The notes under the pieces were generated by a model that was given only the letters and a program-made list of their open reading frames with translations, searched no databases and was not told the origin of the DNA. The translations under genes and the position numbers were made by a program. From positions 138,378-202,377 of the forward strand of contig JBFXKG010000008.1 in the NCBI GenBank assembly GCA_050174015.1: a stretch of 64,000 nt of DNA, given 5' to 3'. Below are positions 45,689 to 55,953 of this stretch, piece after piece. The DNA comes from Candidatus Krumholzibacteriia bacterium (GTDB lineage: Bacteria; Krumholzibacteriota; Krumholzibacteriia; LZORAL124-64-63). Position 1 is the first letter of the stretch. Each line of letters opens with the position of its first letter.

Positions 45689-47473
45689 ATGAACACCCGG
45701 GACAAGGTGGCCGCCCTGCGGCGGCTCATGAAGAAGCACGGCCTCGCCGCCTACTACGTTCCCAGCGCCGATCCCCATCAGAGCGAGTACCTGCCCGAGG
45801 ACTGGAAGTTGCGGGCGTGGCTGAGCGGGTTCACCGGTTCGGCCGGCGAGCTGGTCGTCGGGGCCCGGCAGGCCGGACTGTGGACGGACGGCCGGTACTT
45901 CCTGCAGGCGGGCATGCAGCTGGATGGGTCGGGCATCACCCTCATGCGGATGGGCGAACCCGGGACCCCGAGCATGGCGGGCTGGGTGGCGTCCCAGCTC
46001 AAGAAGGGCCAGGTCCTGGGCATGGATCCCACGGTCGTGTCCGCGGCGGCGGCGGCCGACTTCGAGGCCAGCCTGGCGCCCCACGGCATCCGCCTCAAGT
46101 TCCTGACCGCCAACCTCGTGGCCCCGCTCTGGGAGGATCGCCCGGAGGCGTCGCTGGCGCCCCTGGCCGTGCATCCGGTCAGGTTCGCGGGGGAATCGGT
46201 GGATTCGAAGCTGAAGAGGGTGCGCGCGGAGATGAAGGCCGCCGGAGCGAAGGCCCACGTGGTGGGCGCCCTCGACCAGATCGCCTGGCTGCTCAACATC
46301 CGCAGCAAGGACGTTCTCTTCACCCCGGTGGCCACGAGCTACGCCGTGATCACCGACCGCGGCTGCATCCTGTACGTGGACTCCCGCAAGGTGACCAGAG
46401 CCGCCGCCAAGGCCCTCAAGGGCCGGGCGGTCCTCAAGGAATACCAGGACGTCTGGGCCGATCTGAAGGCCCTCGGCGGCAAGAAGGGCATGAGGATCTG
46501 GATCGACCCCGCGACGATCAACCGCCGGGTGGTCGATTCCCTGAAGGGCGCGGTCCTGCACCAGGCCGTCTCGCCCATCACCGCGATGAAGGCGGTCAAG
46601 AACCCGGTCCAGATCGAACACATCACCGAGGCTCACCGGCGCGACGGGGTGGCCATGGTGAAGTTCCTCAGGTGGCTGGAGCCGGCCGTCCGCAAGGGCG
46701 GGGTGACCGAGATCTCCGCCGCGGACCAGCTCGCCGCCTTCCGTGCCGAGGGCGAGGGTTTCATGGACCTCAGCTTCGACACCATCAGCGGCTACGCGGG
46801 CAACGGCGCCATCATCCATTACAGCGCCACCCCGGGATCCAATGCCAAACTGAGGCCCAAGGGGCTCTACCTGATCGACAGCGGCGGCCAGTATCCGGAA
46901 GGGACGACGGACATCACCCGGACCGTGGCCCTGGGCAAACCCACCCCGCGCCAGAAGGAGTGCTTCACGCGGGTCCTGATGGGCACCATCGACTGCACCA
47001 TGACGCCGTTCCCGGCCGGCACCACCGGGCAGCGTCACGAGATGTTCGCCCGCCGGGCCCTGTGGATGATGGGAGCGGACTACGCCCACGGCACCGGACA
47101 CGGCGTGGGCCAGTATCTCGGCGTGCACGAGGGGCCCCACAGCCTGAAGAACATCGTCACCCCGCCGCTGGTCGAGGGCAACCTCATGTCCATCGAGCCG
47201 GGCCACTACGAGGCGGGCAGGTTCGGCATCCGCATCGAGAACCTGGCCTTCGTGACCAGGAACGAGAAGCTGAGCAGGGGCGGTCGGACCTGGTACGGCT
47301 TCCATGCCGTGACCCTGTGCCCCATCGACCGCAGGCTGATCGACAGGAAGCTGATGACCCGCGACCAGGTCGACTACCTGAACGCCTACCACAAGAGGGT
47401 GTTCAGGGAACTGGCGCCGCGGCTCGACAGGGCGCACAAGGACTGGCTGCGTCTGGCCACCAGGCCCATCTGA
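45689..47473 (+). CDS. Aminopeptidase P family (Xaa-Pro aminopeptidase, M24B)
   Basis: DPHQSEY, GFTGSAG, WTDGRYF, DSGGQY..GTTDITRT, HGTGHGVG..VHEGP and IEPG. Confidence 0.95.
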   Translation: MNTRDKVAALRRLMKKHGLAAYYVPSADPHQSEYLPEDWKLRAWLSGFTGSAGELVVGARQAGLWTDGRYFLQAGMQLDGSGITLMRMGEPGTPSMAGWVASQLKKGQVLGMDPTVVSAAAAADFEASLAPHGIRLKFLTANLVAPLWEDRPEASLAPLAVHPVRFAGESVDSKLKRVRAEMKAAGAKAHVVGALDQIAWLLNIRSKDVLFTPVATSYAVITDRGCILYVDSRKVTRAAAKALKGRAVLKEYQDVWADLKALGGKKGMRIWIDPATINRRVVDSLKGAVLHQAVSPITAMKAVKNPVQIEHITEAHRRDGVAMVKFLRWLEPAVRKGGVTEISAADQLAAFRAEGEGFMDLSFDTISGYAGNGAIIHYSATPGSNAKLRPKGLYLIDSGGQYPEGTTDITRTVALGKPTPRQKECFTRVLMGTIDCTMTPFPAGTTGQRHEMFARRALWMMGADYAHGTGHGVGQYLGVHEGPHSLKNIVTPPLVEGNLMSIEPGHYEAGRFGIRIENLAFVTRNEKLSRGGRTWYGFHAVTLCPIDRRLIDRKLMTRDQVDYLNAYHKRVFRELAPRLDRAHKDWLRLATRPI

Positions 47474-47498
47474 TGCCGGTCTGATTCCGGATCGGGCG

Positions 47499-47535
47499 AA
47501 AAAAGGAACCGGCGGCCTCCCTGGCCGCCGGTTCC
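47499..47535 (-). terminator. Intrinsic terminator for the minus-strand gene (possibly bidirectional)
   Basis: GGAACCGGCGGCC-tccct-GGCCGCCGGTTCC preceded by A6. Confidence 0.8.
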
Positions 47536-47553
47536 GCGTCCGCGGCAGGCCTG

Positions 47554-48717
47554 TCAGCGGTTGCGTTTGTGCCAGGCGGCGAGCAGTTCGGCTTCCCTCT
47601 CGGCCTTGATCCCCGCTCGGCCGGTCCCGAACCGCTCCTGCTCGGCCTCGTCAAGGGTCGCCCACCAGTCCAGGGTCCCGCGCACCGTCTCGCTGATGGG
47701 GCGGAAGGTCAGCCCCGCCTTGAGAGCCCGGTCGACGTCGATGAACGGATGGCCGGCCTCCGCGCCTTCGAGGGGCACCCAGACCGGCATGTCCGTCCAG
47801 GCGGCGACTTCCATCTCGTCCAGGAACTCCTTGCTGACCCAGGTGAACGTCGCGTCCGAGCCGCTGACCCGCTTGCAGGTGTCGAACAGCTCGCCCATGG
47901 TCAGCTCTTCCGGGGGACTGGTGGCGTTGAAGGTGCCGCCGGTGCCGCGCTCGCAGCAGTGGACGATGAATTCCGCCAGATCGCGCACGTCGATGACCTG
48001 GGTCACCACGCCCGGAGCATCGGGCGCCAGCACTTCCCCGCCCTTCCCGATGCGCACGGGCCAGTAGGTGAAACGGCCGCTGCGGTCCATCGGGCCGACG
48101 ATCAGTCCCGGACGGATGTTGCAGGCGTGCTTGCCGAAGTGCTTCTCGGCGGCCGCCTCGCACAGCGCTTTGAGGGGACCGTAATTCGTTTCGGTGACGT
48201 CGCGGACGGTGCGGGCGGAATCCACCTCGGCGGCGGAGATGGTGCCGACCGGTGATTTCTCGCTGAGGCCGCGCCGGGAGAAATCCGCGTAGACGGAGAT
48301 GGAGGAGATGAAGACGTACTGGCCGACGGCGTCCCTGAGCAGGGCGGCCGATTCATCGACCATGCGGGGGATGTAGCCGCTGGTGTCGATGCAGACGTCC
48401 CAGGTCTTTCCCTTGAGGGACTCGAGATCGCCGTCCCTGTCCCCGACCAGCTTTTCCAGATCGGGGAAGAGGTGCTGGTTGGTGCGGCCGCGGTTGAACA
48501 GGGTGATATCGTGGCCCCGGCTGCGGGCGTGCTCGACCAGGGCGGGGCCCAGGAAGGCCGTGCCGCCCAGGATGAGGATCCGCAGCCGCTTCCTGCTCTT
48601 GGTGCGCGTGAAGTCGGCCAGGGCGGAATCGGGGCGCACCAGCCCGCCCAGGACGGCCCCTGCGGCCGCGGAACCGGCCAGGGTGTTCTTCAGGAAATCG
48701 CGACGGCTCCAGCTCAT
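47554..48717 (-). CDS. Tat-signal NAD-dependent epimerase / isoflavone-reductase-like extended SDR
   Basis: SRRDFLK twin-arginine motif; ILGGTAFLG, FNRG, SSISVY, YGPLK and RPGLIVGP. Confidence 0.9.
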   Translation of the reverse strand: MSWSRRDFLKNTLAGSAAAGAVLGGLVRPDSALADFTRTKSRKRLRILILGGTAFLGPALVEHARSRGHDITLFNRGRTNQHLFPDLEKLVGDRDGDLESLKGKTWDVCIDTSGYIPRMVDESAALLRDAVGQYVFISSISVYADFSRRGLSEKSPVGTISAAEVDSARTVRDVTETNYGPLKALCEAAAEKHFGKHACNIRPGLIVGPMDRSGRFTYWPVRIGKGGEVLAPDAPGVVTQVIDVRDLAEFIVHCCERGTGGTFNATSPPEELTMGELFDTCKRVSGSDATFTWVSKEFLDEMEVAAWTDMPVWVPLEGAEAGHPFIDVDRALKAGLTFRPISETVRGTLDWWATLDEAEQERFGTGRAGIKAEREAELLAAWHKRNR

Positions 48718-48822
48718 GCGTGGGACTCCCCTGTTCGGGTGGCTGATCTTCGTCCGCAGGTCATGCGCACCATACGGACGGACGGGAGAAAGGGTGCAGG
48801 AAATTCCGGGGTCCGCACCCGG

Positions 48823-49911
48823 TCACCTCCGGGCCGTCGCGTCCTCCACCAGATGCACCGTCTGGGTGGGGAAGGCGATGCTCATGCCCAGGTCCTCGAC
48901 CATGCCTATGACGGCCAGGTTCACGTCCTGCTTCACGGAAAGGTGCCTGGTCCAGTCGGTGGTGACGGTGAAGCAGTAGATGAACAGGTCCAGGCTGCTG
49001 GCGTTGAACTCGGTGAACTTGACGAGCATGAACTCCTGGTCGATGTCGGGATTGGCCTGAAGATAGGCTTCGATCCGCTCCACGAGGGCCCGGATCTGGT
49101 CCCGCGAGGACCGGTAGGTCACTCCCAGGGTGAACTTGATCCGCCGCTTGGGCATCAGCGAATGGTTCTCGATCGTCGCGTTGGCCAGCGCCTGGTTGGG
49201 GATGGACACCACGGTCTTGGCGAAGGTCCGCACGCGCGTGGAGCGCAGGCCGATCTCCTCGACGACGCCGTCCCCGCCGGGAAAGGTGATCCAGTCGCCC
49301 TTGTGGAAGGGCTGGTCGATCAGGATCATCAGCGAGCCGAAGAGGTTGGCCAGGGTGTCCTTGGCCGCCATGGCGACGGCGAGGCCGCCGATCCCCAGAC
49401 CCGCCAGCAGGCCCGAGACGGAGTAGCCCAGGTTCTGGGCCACCAGGATGAACGCGAGGATGGCGAGGAAGGTCTTCAGGGCCTTGCGCACCAGGGGCAC
49501 GACCTGGTCGTCGAGGCGGGAATCGGTCCGTCCGGCCATCTCGTCCAGGAAGACCGCGAGCGCATCCACCATCCTGAACGCCGTCCACACCACGACCAGG
49601 ATCACGGCGATCCTGAAGACCTGGTCGCCGGCCGCCTGCCAGGCGGGCTGGACGGCCAGGAGGATGCGGACCGCGAGGAACAGGCCGATCACCGGGAGCA
49701 GCAGACCCAGCGGACTGACCAGGGCGTCGGTGGCCAGGTCGTCGGCCGCGGTGGACGTCCGCTGCGCCAGCTTCTGCAGGCGGGCCTTGATGAAGGAGTT
49801 GAGGATCGCCCGCAGGATGATCCCCCCCAGGATGAAGCCCAGGGCCAGGAGGAGCTGCCCCGCCGTCCACATGCCCAGCCGTGTCGAAAAAAATCCGTTC
49901 AGACCATCCAC
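48823..49911 (-). CDS. Small-conductance mechanosensitive channel (MscS family)
   Basis: LLAGLGIGGLAVAMAAKDTLANLFG, PFHKGDWI, GVVEEIGLRST, IPN and IAFPT. Confidence 0.95.
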   Translation of the reverse strand: MDGLNGFFSTRLGMWTAGQLLLALGFILGGIILRAILNSFIKARLQKLAQRTSTAADDLATDALVSPLGLLLPVIGLFLAVRILLAVQPAWQAAGDQVFRIAVILVVVWTAFRMVDALAVFLDEMAGRTDSRLDDQVVPLVRKALKTFLAILAFILVAQNLGYSVSGLLAGLGIGGLAVAMAAKDTLANLFGSLMILIDQPFHKGDWITFPGGDGVVEEIGLRSTRVRTFAKTVVSIPNQALANATIENHSLMPKRRIKFTLGVTYRSSRDQIRALVERIEAYLQANPDIDQEFMLVKFTEFNASSLDLFIYCFTVTTDWTRHLSVKQDVNLAVIGMVEDLGMSIAFPTQTVHLVEDATARR

Positions 49912-49912
49912 G

Positions 49913-51763
49913 TCATCGTTCCTTTCCCAGGCTGGTGTCCGGGAAGGTCGGGCGGAGTTCGCCGCCGCTCCCCGGGATCATGATGCGGCTGCCTTCCCTG
50001 AGCTCCCGGACAGGTCGGCCCGAGGCCACGCTGACCAGGTCGAAGATCAGGTCCTGCAGTCCGCCCACCTCGAAACGGGAAGCCCCGTTGTCCAGCTGCT
50101 GCACGCTCCAGTCCACGAACCGCGGGAGGTTCTCCACGGCCAGGTCCAAAGGGACGATCATCTGTCCCTCGTCGAAGGTGAAGTTCACGGTGTCGGGGTG
50201 GAGCCTCGCCGCGAGCAGCAGGTGCCGCCGGGCCCTCTCGAAATGGCCCAGGGCCACGTCGGTCAGGGCGGCGTAGAGAACGGCGTTCGGGGTCCGGCCC
50301 CAGACGTTGAAACCGGTGGCGGTCTCGGTCAGGACCAGGGCCTCGGGCGGAGCGCCTTCGAGGGAGTTGCGCCAGGTAACCTCCAGTCCCGGCGGCCCCG
50401 AGAGCAGCGGCCCGACCGATCCGCCGCAGGCCCGGTGGATCTCGCTTTCCTTGACCCAGCGCGGGCCGAAGCGGGCGGCGTCCTCCACCGCCCGGCCCTG
50501 CACGGGAACCTGAAGGAAGACCAGGCTGGCGGCGGGGGCGGGACCGGTTCCCGCGTCGCCGGCGGTCCACTGCCGGACCGTCCTGGTCGTCTGCCAGCTG
50601 AGGCTGGTCGCCCGTACCACCGGATCGGCGGGGAATCCCAGTTCGTTCCGGTTGGCCAGCCGGATCCGCATCCCGAGGAACGACCAGGCCACCGCCAGGA
50701 CCAGCAATCCGACCGGCACGGCGCGCCTCGGGGTCAGCCTCGAGGGGACCAGGCAGCCCAGGGCCAGCCCGAGGGGTGCGGCGGCCAGGTAGGCCAGGTA
50801 GGGATGGATCTGGGTCCGCAGGGGCAGGGCGGGAGCGATGATCAGCAGCACGGCCAGGAAGGTCCCGGCCGGAAGCAGGCGCCCCCCGCGGGCCATCGCC
50901 CACGCCCACAGGCCCCACAGGAGAAAGAAGGCCGCCCCGGCGGCTCCCATCAGCCAGCTCAGGCGCGAGGCGAAGACCGGCCCGGGGGTCAGCAGCCACC
51001 AGCCGAACGACCCGAGGTTGGACAGGATGACCGCACCCCCGCCCAGGGCGTAGGGGTCGGTCTCCCCGGTGGCGAATTGGGCCATGACCAGGGCCCCTTC
51101 GCTGACCGCGAACAGCAACATGAACATGGTCATGGCCCAGGCGAAGGGACGGTCCTGGATGCCGACGGTCCCGAACCAGAGCAGGGCGATGAACAGCAGG
51201 GGCAGCCCCAGCCCGTTCTCCTTGGCGAGCATGGACAGCAGGGCGGCCCCCAGGGCGAGCCCCAGGTTGGCGCGCCCGCCGGCGAGCCACCGGTCGACGG
51301 CGAGCAGGGCGAAGAAGGCGCCAAGCAGTTCCTGGATGCCCGAGGCCCAGTAGAGCGGAGTGAAGGCCAGGGGGGTGGCCACGAACACGAGCCCGGCCAG
51401 GAACCACGAGAACCGGGGCAGGCCGGTCCGGCGGCCGATCCTGGCCACCAGCACCGCGCCTGCGCCGTGCAGGAGGATCCTCGCCAGGGTCTGGGGATCG
51501 GGGTCGAGACCGGCCAGGGGCCAGGCCAGGCTCCACCAGGCGTGCTGGCTGAGCCAGCGGGCGGGCAGCCCTTCGGCCGCGGGGCCGATGCCGGCCGCCC
51601 TCGCCAGCTGCCCCCAGTCGTCCAGGGTCCACCAGGAACCCAGGGCGGGCAGCCGGCCCACCACCGCGGCGAACAGCAGACCGATCTCGAGGAGGCGGTC
51701 GAGGCCGCCTGGACGCATGGGGTCCTGCGGGGCGGCGGAGGAAGGGGAGGAAACTGCGGGCAT
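49913..51763 (-). CDS. Polytopic membrane protein, possibly GT-C-fold glycosyltransferase-like, with a soluble C-terminal (TPR-like) domain
   Basis: LDDW after the first TM helix, YWASG and LAKE motifs, many TM helices. Start uncertain (51763 or 51718). Confidence 0.65.
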   Translation of the reverse strand: MPAVSSPSSAAPQDPMRPGGLDRLLEIGLLFAAVVGRLPALGSWWTLDDWGQLARAAGIGPAAEGLPARWLSQHAWWSLAWPLAGLDPDPQTLARILLHGAGAVLVARIGRRTGLPRFSWFLAGLVFVATPLAFTPLYWASGIQELLGAFFALLAVDRWLAGGRANLGLALGAALLSMLAKENGLGLPLLFIALLWFGTVGIQDRPFAWAMTMFMLLFAVSEGALVMAQFATGETDPYALGGGAVILSNLGSFGWWLLTPGPVFASRLSWLMGAAGAAFFLLWGLWAWAMARGGRLLPAGTFLAVLLIIAPALPLRTQIHPYLAYLAAAPLGLALGCLVPSRLTPRRAVPVGLLVLAVAWSFLGMRIRLANRNELGFPADPVVRATSLSWQTTRTVRQWTAGDAGTGPAPAASLVFLQVPVQGRAVEDAARFGPRWVKESEIHRACGGSVGPLLSGPPGLEVTWRNSLEGAPPEALVLTETATGFNVWGRTPNAVLYAALTDVALGHFERARRHLLLAARLHPDTVNFTFDEGQMIVPLDLAVENLPRFVDWSVQQLDNGASRFEVGGLQDLIFDLVSVASGRPVRELREGSRIMIPGSGGELRPTFPDTSLGKER

Positions 51764-51904
51764 GCTGCGGATCTGCTCCTGGTTGCGGATTTCGGGATCG
51801 GTTTGTGGTGCCGTCCCGGACCGACATGTTATACAATGGAGCTCGAAATGTGAACGTGAACCCGGGGGCCCCCCGGCGGACAGGAACCAAGGGGAAAAAA
51901 GCGA

Positions 51905-52591
51905 ATGTTCAGGCAGCAATGCAAATCCAGGCGGCGGATTCCTGCCGCCGTGGTCATCCTCGGCATCGGGGCCTGCCTCCTTCCGGGATGCGGGAAGGAA
52001 GAGCCCGGTCCCCAGGCTCCCGGCGCGGTCCTGATGAACCAGCAGGAGTACGAGGACTGGGAAATCGCCCTGGTCGAGATGAGGATCGAGAAGAACGACC
52101 GGTTCTCCGATCCGGCCGGGACTCCCCTGGCCAAGGCGGCCCTCGACACCTTCGTGGGCCTGAACTACTACTTCCCCAAGGCAGATTTGCGCTTCCGGAC
52201 GCCGTTGATTCCGGCTGCCGCGCCCGACACGGTGATCCTCGCCAAGCCCGACGGCACGCAGGTTCCGCACCTCCGCCGCGGATCGGTGCGTTTCCACCAT
52301 GCCGGCCGCAACCACGCACTCGCGGTGTTCGGTCCGGTGGGTGCCGAACAGGGCGACACCGTCTGGTTGCCGTTCTTCGACGCCACCTCCGGCAAGGACA
52401 CCTACGCCGGCGGCCGCTACCTGGACCTGGCCGTGGATTCCGAGGGCATGGTCGACCTGGATTTCAACTACGCCTACAACCCGTATTGCGATTACGATCC
52501 GGAGGCCTGGACCTGCACCCTGCCCCCGCCGGAGAACCGGCTACCCTTCGCCGTCGAGGCGGGGGAGAAGACCTTCGGAGGGTCCCACTGA
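51905..52591 (+). CDS. DUF1684 domain lipoprotein
   Basis: Lipobox LPGC; PFFDATSGKDTYAGGRYL, LDFNYAYNPYC and CTLPPPENRL..AGEK. Confidence 0.9.
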   Translation: MFRQQCKSRRRIPAAVVILGIGACLLPGCGKEEPGPQAPGAVLMNQQEYEDWEIALVEMRIEKNDRFSDPAGTPLAKAALDTFVGLNYYFPKADLRFRTPLIPAAAPDTVILAKPDGTQVPHLRRGSVRFHHAGRNHALAVFGPVGAEQGDTVWLPFFDATSGKDTYAGGRYLDLAVDSEGMVDLDFNYAYNPYCDYDPEAWTCTLPPPENRLPFAVEAGEKTFGGSH

Positions 52592-52592
52592 C

Positions 52593-53120
52593 GTGGACGT
52601 CCTGGGTGCCATCGGCCAGTGGGCCTGGTTCTTCCTCTGGTCCCTGCTGCTGATCACCGCCTCACTCTTCGTCTATCTGGGGTTGGGGGGCAACTTCATC
52701 CTGCTGGCGCTGGCCCTGGTCCATGCGCTGGTCACCGGCTTCGATCCCATTGGCTGGGGGACCCTGGCCCCGCTGGCGGGTCTGGCGGTGGCCGGCGAGG
52801 GAATCGAGTTCGTGGTCGGCACCTTCTACCCCGCCCGCAAGGGGGCTTCCCGGGACGGGGTCCTGCTGGCCTTCCTGGGCGGCCTGCTGGGGGCGGCGGT
52901 CGGACAGGGTCTGGTGCCGGTGATCGGCGCGGTGGTCGGCAGCTTCCTGGGCGCCTTCCTGGGCGCGGTGGCGGGAGAGTACCGGCGCCGGCGACTTCTG
53001 GAACCCAGCCTGCGCGTGGGCGGACACGCGTTCCTGGGCCGGCTGGCGGCCATGATGATCAAGCACGCCATCGGGCTGGTCATGGTCTTCATCATCCTGC
53101 GGGCGACCCTGCCCGTCTGA
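52593..53120 (+). CDS. DUF456-like membrane protein
   Basis: GTG at 52593; KGAS...GGLLG...GSFLGAFLGAVAGE Gly-zipper helices. Confidence 0.8.
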   Translation: MDVLGAIGQWAWFFLWSLLLITASLFVYLGLGGNFILLALALVHALVTGFDPIGWGTLAPLAGLAVAGEGIEFVVGTFYPARKGASRDGVLLAFLGGLLGAAVGQGLVPVIGAVVGSFLGAFLGAVAGEYRRRRLLEPSLRVGGHAFLGRLAAMMIKHAIGLVMVFIILRATLPV

Positions 53121-53139
53121 ACCGAAAGGTCGAAAGAGC

Positions 53140-53784
53140 ATGCGTCACCGAGCTTGCGCCGCGGTCCTGGCTGCGTCCTTCATCCTGGGATCCGGGCCGG
53201 CGAGCGCCGGCGGGCCGTTCGTCCTGGGCGGATTCACCCGGGCCGATGTCGGCCTGGCCGACGACGGGGATGGCTTCTGTCTAGGCGTGGGAACCGTGGC
53301 CGCCCTGGGCGACGGCCCCCTGGAGATCCTGGCTGCCGCCGAGTTCCTGCAACTCGGCGGCAGCCAGACCATGCTGTTCTCCGATCCCCGGGCGGGCAAC
53401 ACCGTTGGCCCGGCCGAGGTCACCCTGTCCTACCTGCAGCCCTCCGGATCGCTGGCGGTCCGTTTGCCCGCCGGGCCGGTGACCATCCGCCCCTATGCGG
53501 GGCTCGCAGCGGCCCTCAAGGTGGGGGAAAGCTGGTCCACCCCGACGGGGACGGCCGACAGGGACCTGGGCTACGAGGACGTCGATCTCAGGGTGCGTTT
53601 GGGGGCGAGGCTGAACGCGGGGAATGGGTTCCTGGATGTCCGTCACGCCTGGGGGCTGCTGGACCAGGTCACCGTCACCGGGGCGTTGCCGGACAAGGCA
53701 GACGATCCCCTCGGGGGCGAGACCCTGCCCGTCGCGGGGGACAAGGTCTCCTTTTTCCAGGTGAGCGCAGGCTGGAATTTCTGA
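53140..53784 (+). CDS. Outer-membrane beta-barrel protein (small porin-like)
   Basis: Signal peptide; amphipathic strands (IRPYAG, LDVR); C-terminal QVSAGWNF beta-signal. Confidence 0.75.
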   Translation: MRHRACAAVLAASFILGSGPASAGGPFVLGGFTRADVGLADDGDGFCLGVGTVAALGDGPLEILAAAEFLQLGGSQTMLFSDPRAGNTVGPAEVTLSYLQPSGSLAVRLPAGPVTIRPYAGLAAALKVGESWSTPTGTADRDLGYEDVDLRVRLGARLNAGNGFLDVRHAWGLLDQVTVTGALPDKADDPLGGETLPVAGDKVSFFQVSAGWNF

Positions 53785-53794
53785 TCCCCTGGGG

Positions 53795-54535
53795 TCAGTG
53801 GCGGACGAGCAACAAGGCCCCGATCGCGGCCAGCAGCACCGCCACGAGCCGCCGGAACGTCCGCTCCCCGATGGTGACGTGCAGGCGGTGGCCCAGCCAT
53901 GCCCCCAGGAAGACCGCAGGAATCACCGCGGCGGTGGACCACAGCCTGACCGGCGTCACCAGCCCGCCGGCCGCGTAGCTCGGGACCCGGATCAGGGTCA
54001 TCATCAGGAAGATCGCCATCAAATTGCCCCGGAAGGCGGACTTGCCGACGTCGCTCAGGTGATACCAGATGATGATGGGTGGACCGCCGGTGCCGAACAG
54101 GCCTGTGAGCAGCCCGGACAGCATTCCGGTCGGGGGCGCCAGCCAGGGTCGGGGATGCAGGCGGCCTCCCGCCGGCAGCTTCAGGAACACGGCCCCGACG
54201 GCGATCAGGAACCAGCCCAGCAGGGTCAGCACGAAGTCCGGGTCTCCGGTCTTCAGGACCCAGGTGCCCAGGGGGATGCCCACGGTGAGGCCCGCGCCCA
54301 GGCCCAGGATGGGCCGCCAGCGGATCTCCCGGCGGCTGTGCAGGACCACCCACAGCTCCGCCGGCAGGTTCACCAGCAGCAGGAGCACCACCACGTCCCT
54401 GATGTCCGGGAAGACCAGGGCAAGGCTGCCCACGGCGATCAATCCCGAACCGAACCCGAACAGGACGTAGACCAGCTGGGCCACCACCAGGATGGCGCAG
54501 GTGATCAGGTATTCCGGCAGGCCCGGGAAGATCAT
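53795..54535 (-). CDS. TauE/SafE (TSUP) family transporter
   Basis: FGFGSGLI, GIPLG and GLFGTGGPP; about 8 TM helices. Confidence 0.88.
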   Translation of the reverse strand: MIFPGLPEYLITCAILVVAQLVYVLFGFGSGLIAVGSLALVFPDIRDVVVLLLLVNLPAELWVVLHSRREIRWRPILGLGAGLTVGIPLGTWVLKTGDPDFVLTLLGWFLIAVGAVFLKLPAGGRLHPRPWLAPPTGMLSGLLTGLFGTGGPPIIIWYHLSDVGKSAFRGNLMAIFLMMTLIRVPSYAAGGLVTPVRLWSTAAVIPAVFLGAWLGHRLHVTIGERTFRRLVAVLLAAIGALLLVRH

Positions 54536-54577
54536 GGGGGGCAAGTTCGCTCCTGGCGGGCCCTCAACCTGGAGGGG

Positions 54578-55786
54578 CTAGGGTTGGAATTCCTGGCGAA
54601 GCACGGCCATGAACCAGGTGGCGTGGTTGGGGAATCCGGAAGCCCCGGGAACCGATACATCCGGATCGGGGCTCCCTCGGCGCAGGGCCACATCCAGGGT
54701 GGTTCCGCCGAACGAGGTGGACAGCCCCACCGAAAGGGGCCATCGCTCCGTGGTGTCATCACCGGCCCCGGGCTCCGAATCCAGGTTGTGGTCGAACCCT
54801 GCTGCGGCCCGCGCTACCAGCCAGGGCGCCAGGCGCCTTTCCATTCCTAACCTCAGGAAGAAGTCGCGACGGCTTCGCCGTTGTACCGGGTACCAGGAGT
54901 CCAGGGGGTTGGGGACGGTGAGATCAGCGTCCAGGTACTCGGCCGACAGCACCAGCATGTTGTCCAGATCGGGAAAGACATCGAGGCCGCAACCGACCCG
55001 GGCCAAGCGCTCGAGGTCGGTCGAGGGAACGACTGTGCTACCGTCGATCCTGGCTCGGGGGTCTGTTCCCGTTGCATATTCGAAGACGGGGACCACTGCG
55101 GCAAGGGTCCCCACCGGGAAGAACGCCCGGACCCGAACTCCGTAACCATCCCAGGAATCCCCCGCGTTTCCCTCAGGGAATCCCTCCTGGGGCACCGATG
55201 AAGAAAGGTCGCGGTTAATGCCGCGGATTTCGCCGGCCAGATCGAGGAATCCCTCTCCGGGCGTGGGCAACCGCAGGCCGGCCCCGATGTCCTGGTGCAG
55301 GTCGGTCCACGTTCCGAATCCCGCCGCCTCCTGCTCGGAGCTGACCCGCCGATAGCGGAGAGCGGCCAGGACGCCGTTCCAGCGGTGGGCGATCATTCCG
55401 CTCACGGCTAGGCCGTTTCCCGTGGGAACCAGGCTTCCGGGATCGCTGCCCGTTCCCCTGCCGTCGATGAAGAACCCGGCGGTGGCCCAGCGGCCCTCGG
55501 GGCCAATCCCCAGCTGGAACCCACCGCCTGGGCGGAAAACGTCCTCCCCAGGCTCCGAAGCTGAGTTCAACCCCTGCCAGCCGGAGGAGAGAGTCACCAG
55601 GCCCGGGTATTCGCCCAGAACGGCGCACCAGCGGTGGACGTTCGCCTCGTCGGTGAAGAAGTCGCCCCGGCCGCCGAGGGCGGCGATGCGGGCCGGCGTA
55701 GCCCCGGCGGGAATTGCCGTGAGAGCTCCGCAGACCGCGGCCATCAGGATGAAGGATGGTATCGATTTGAAATGGGGGCGGGGCAA
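54578..55786 (-). CDS. Putative outer-membrane beta-barrel protein
   Basis: Signal peptide then ATPARIAALGG...DEAN; amphipathic strands (LGMERRLAPWLVARA, TLDVAL). Start uncertain; TTG at 55786 follows AAAGGA. Confidence 0.65.
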   Translation of the reverse strand: MPRPHFKSIPSFILMAAVCGALTAIPAGATPARIAALGGRGDFFTDEANVHRWCAVLGEYPGLVTLSSGWQGLNSASEPGEDVFRPGGGFQLGIGPEGRWATAGFFIDGRGTGSDPGSLVPTGNGLAVSGMIAHRWNGVLAALRYRRVSSEQEAAGFGTWTDLHQDIGAGLRLPTPGEGFLDLAGEIRGINRDLSSSVPQEGFPEGNAGDSWDGYGVRVRAFFPVGTLAAVVPVFEYATGTDPRARIDGSTVVPSTDLERLARVGCGLDVFPDLDNMLVLSAEYLDADLTVPNPLDSWYPVQRRSRRDFFLRLGMERRLAPWLVARAAAGFDHNLDSEPGAGDDTTERWPLSVGLSTSFGGTTLDVALRRGSPDPDVSVPGASGFPNHATWFMAVLRQEFQP

Positions 55787-55953
55787 GACCGGTCCTTTCG
55801 CAGGTTTGGCGGGGAAGTTAACATAGCCGGGTCGGGTCATCCAGAACGGGATTCGACCCGGGAGGTGGAGGTTGCGGACAAGGCCGGCGGGCCGCACCTT
55901 GTGCCTGCCAAGACGATCGAACCACCCCGGAAACCGATCCCAGCGGAGAGACC

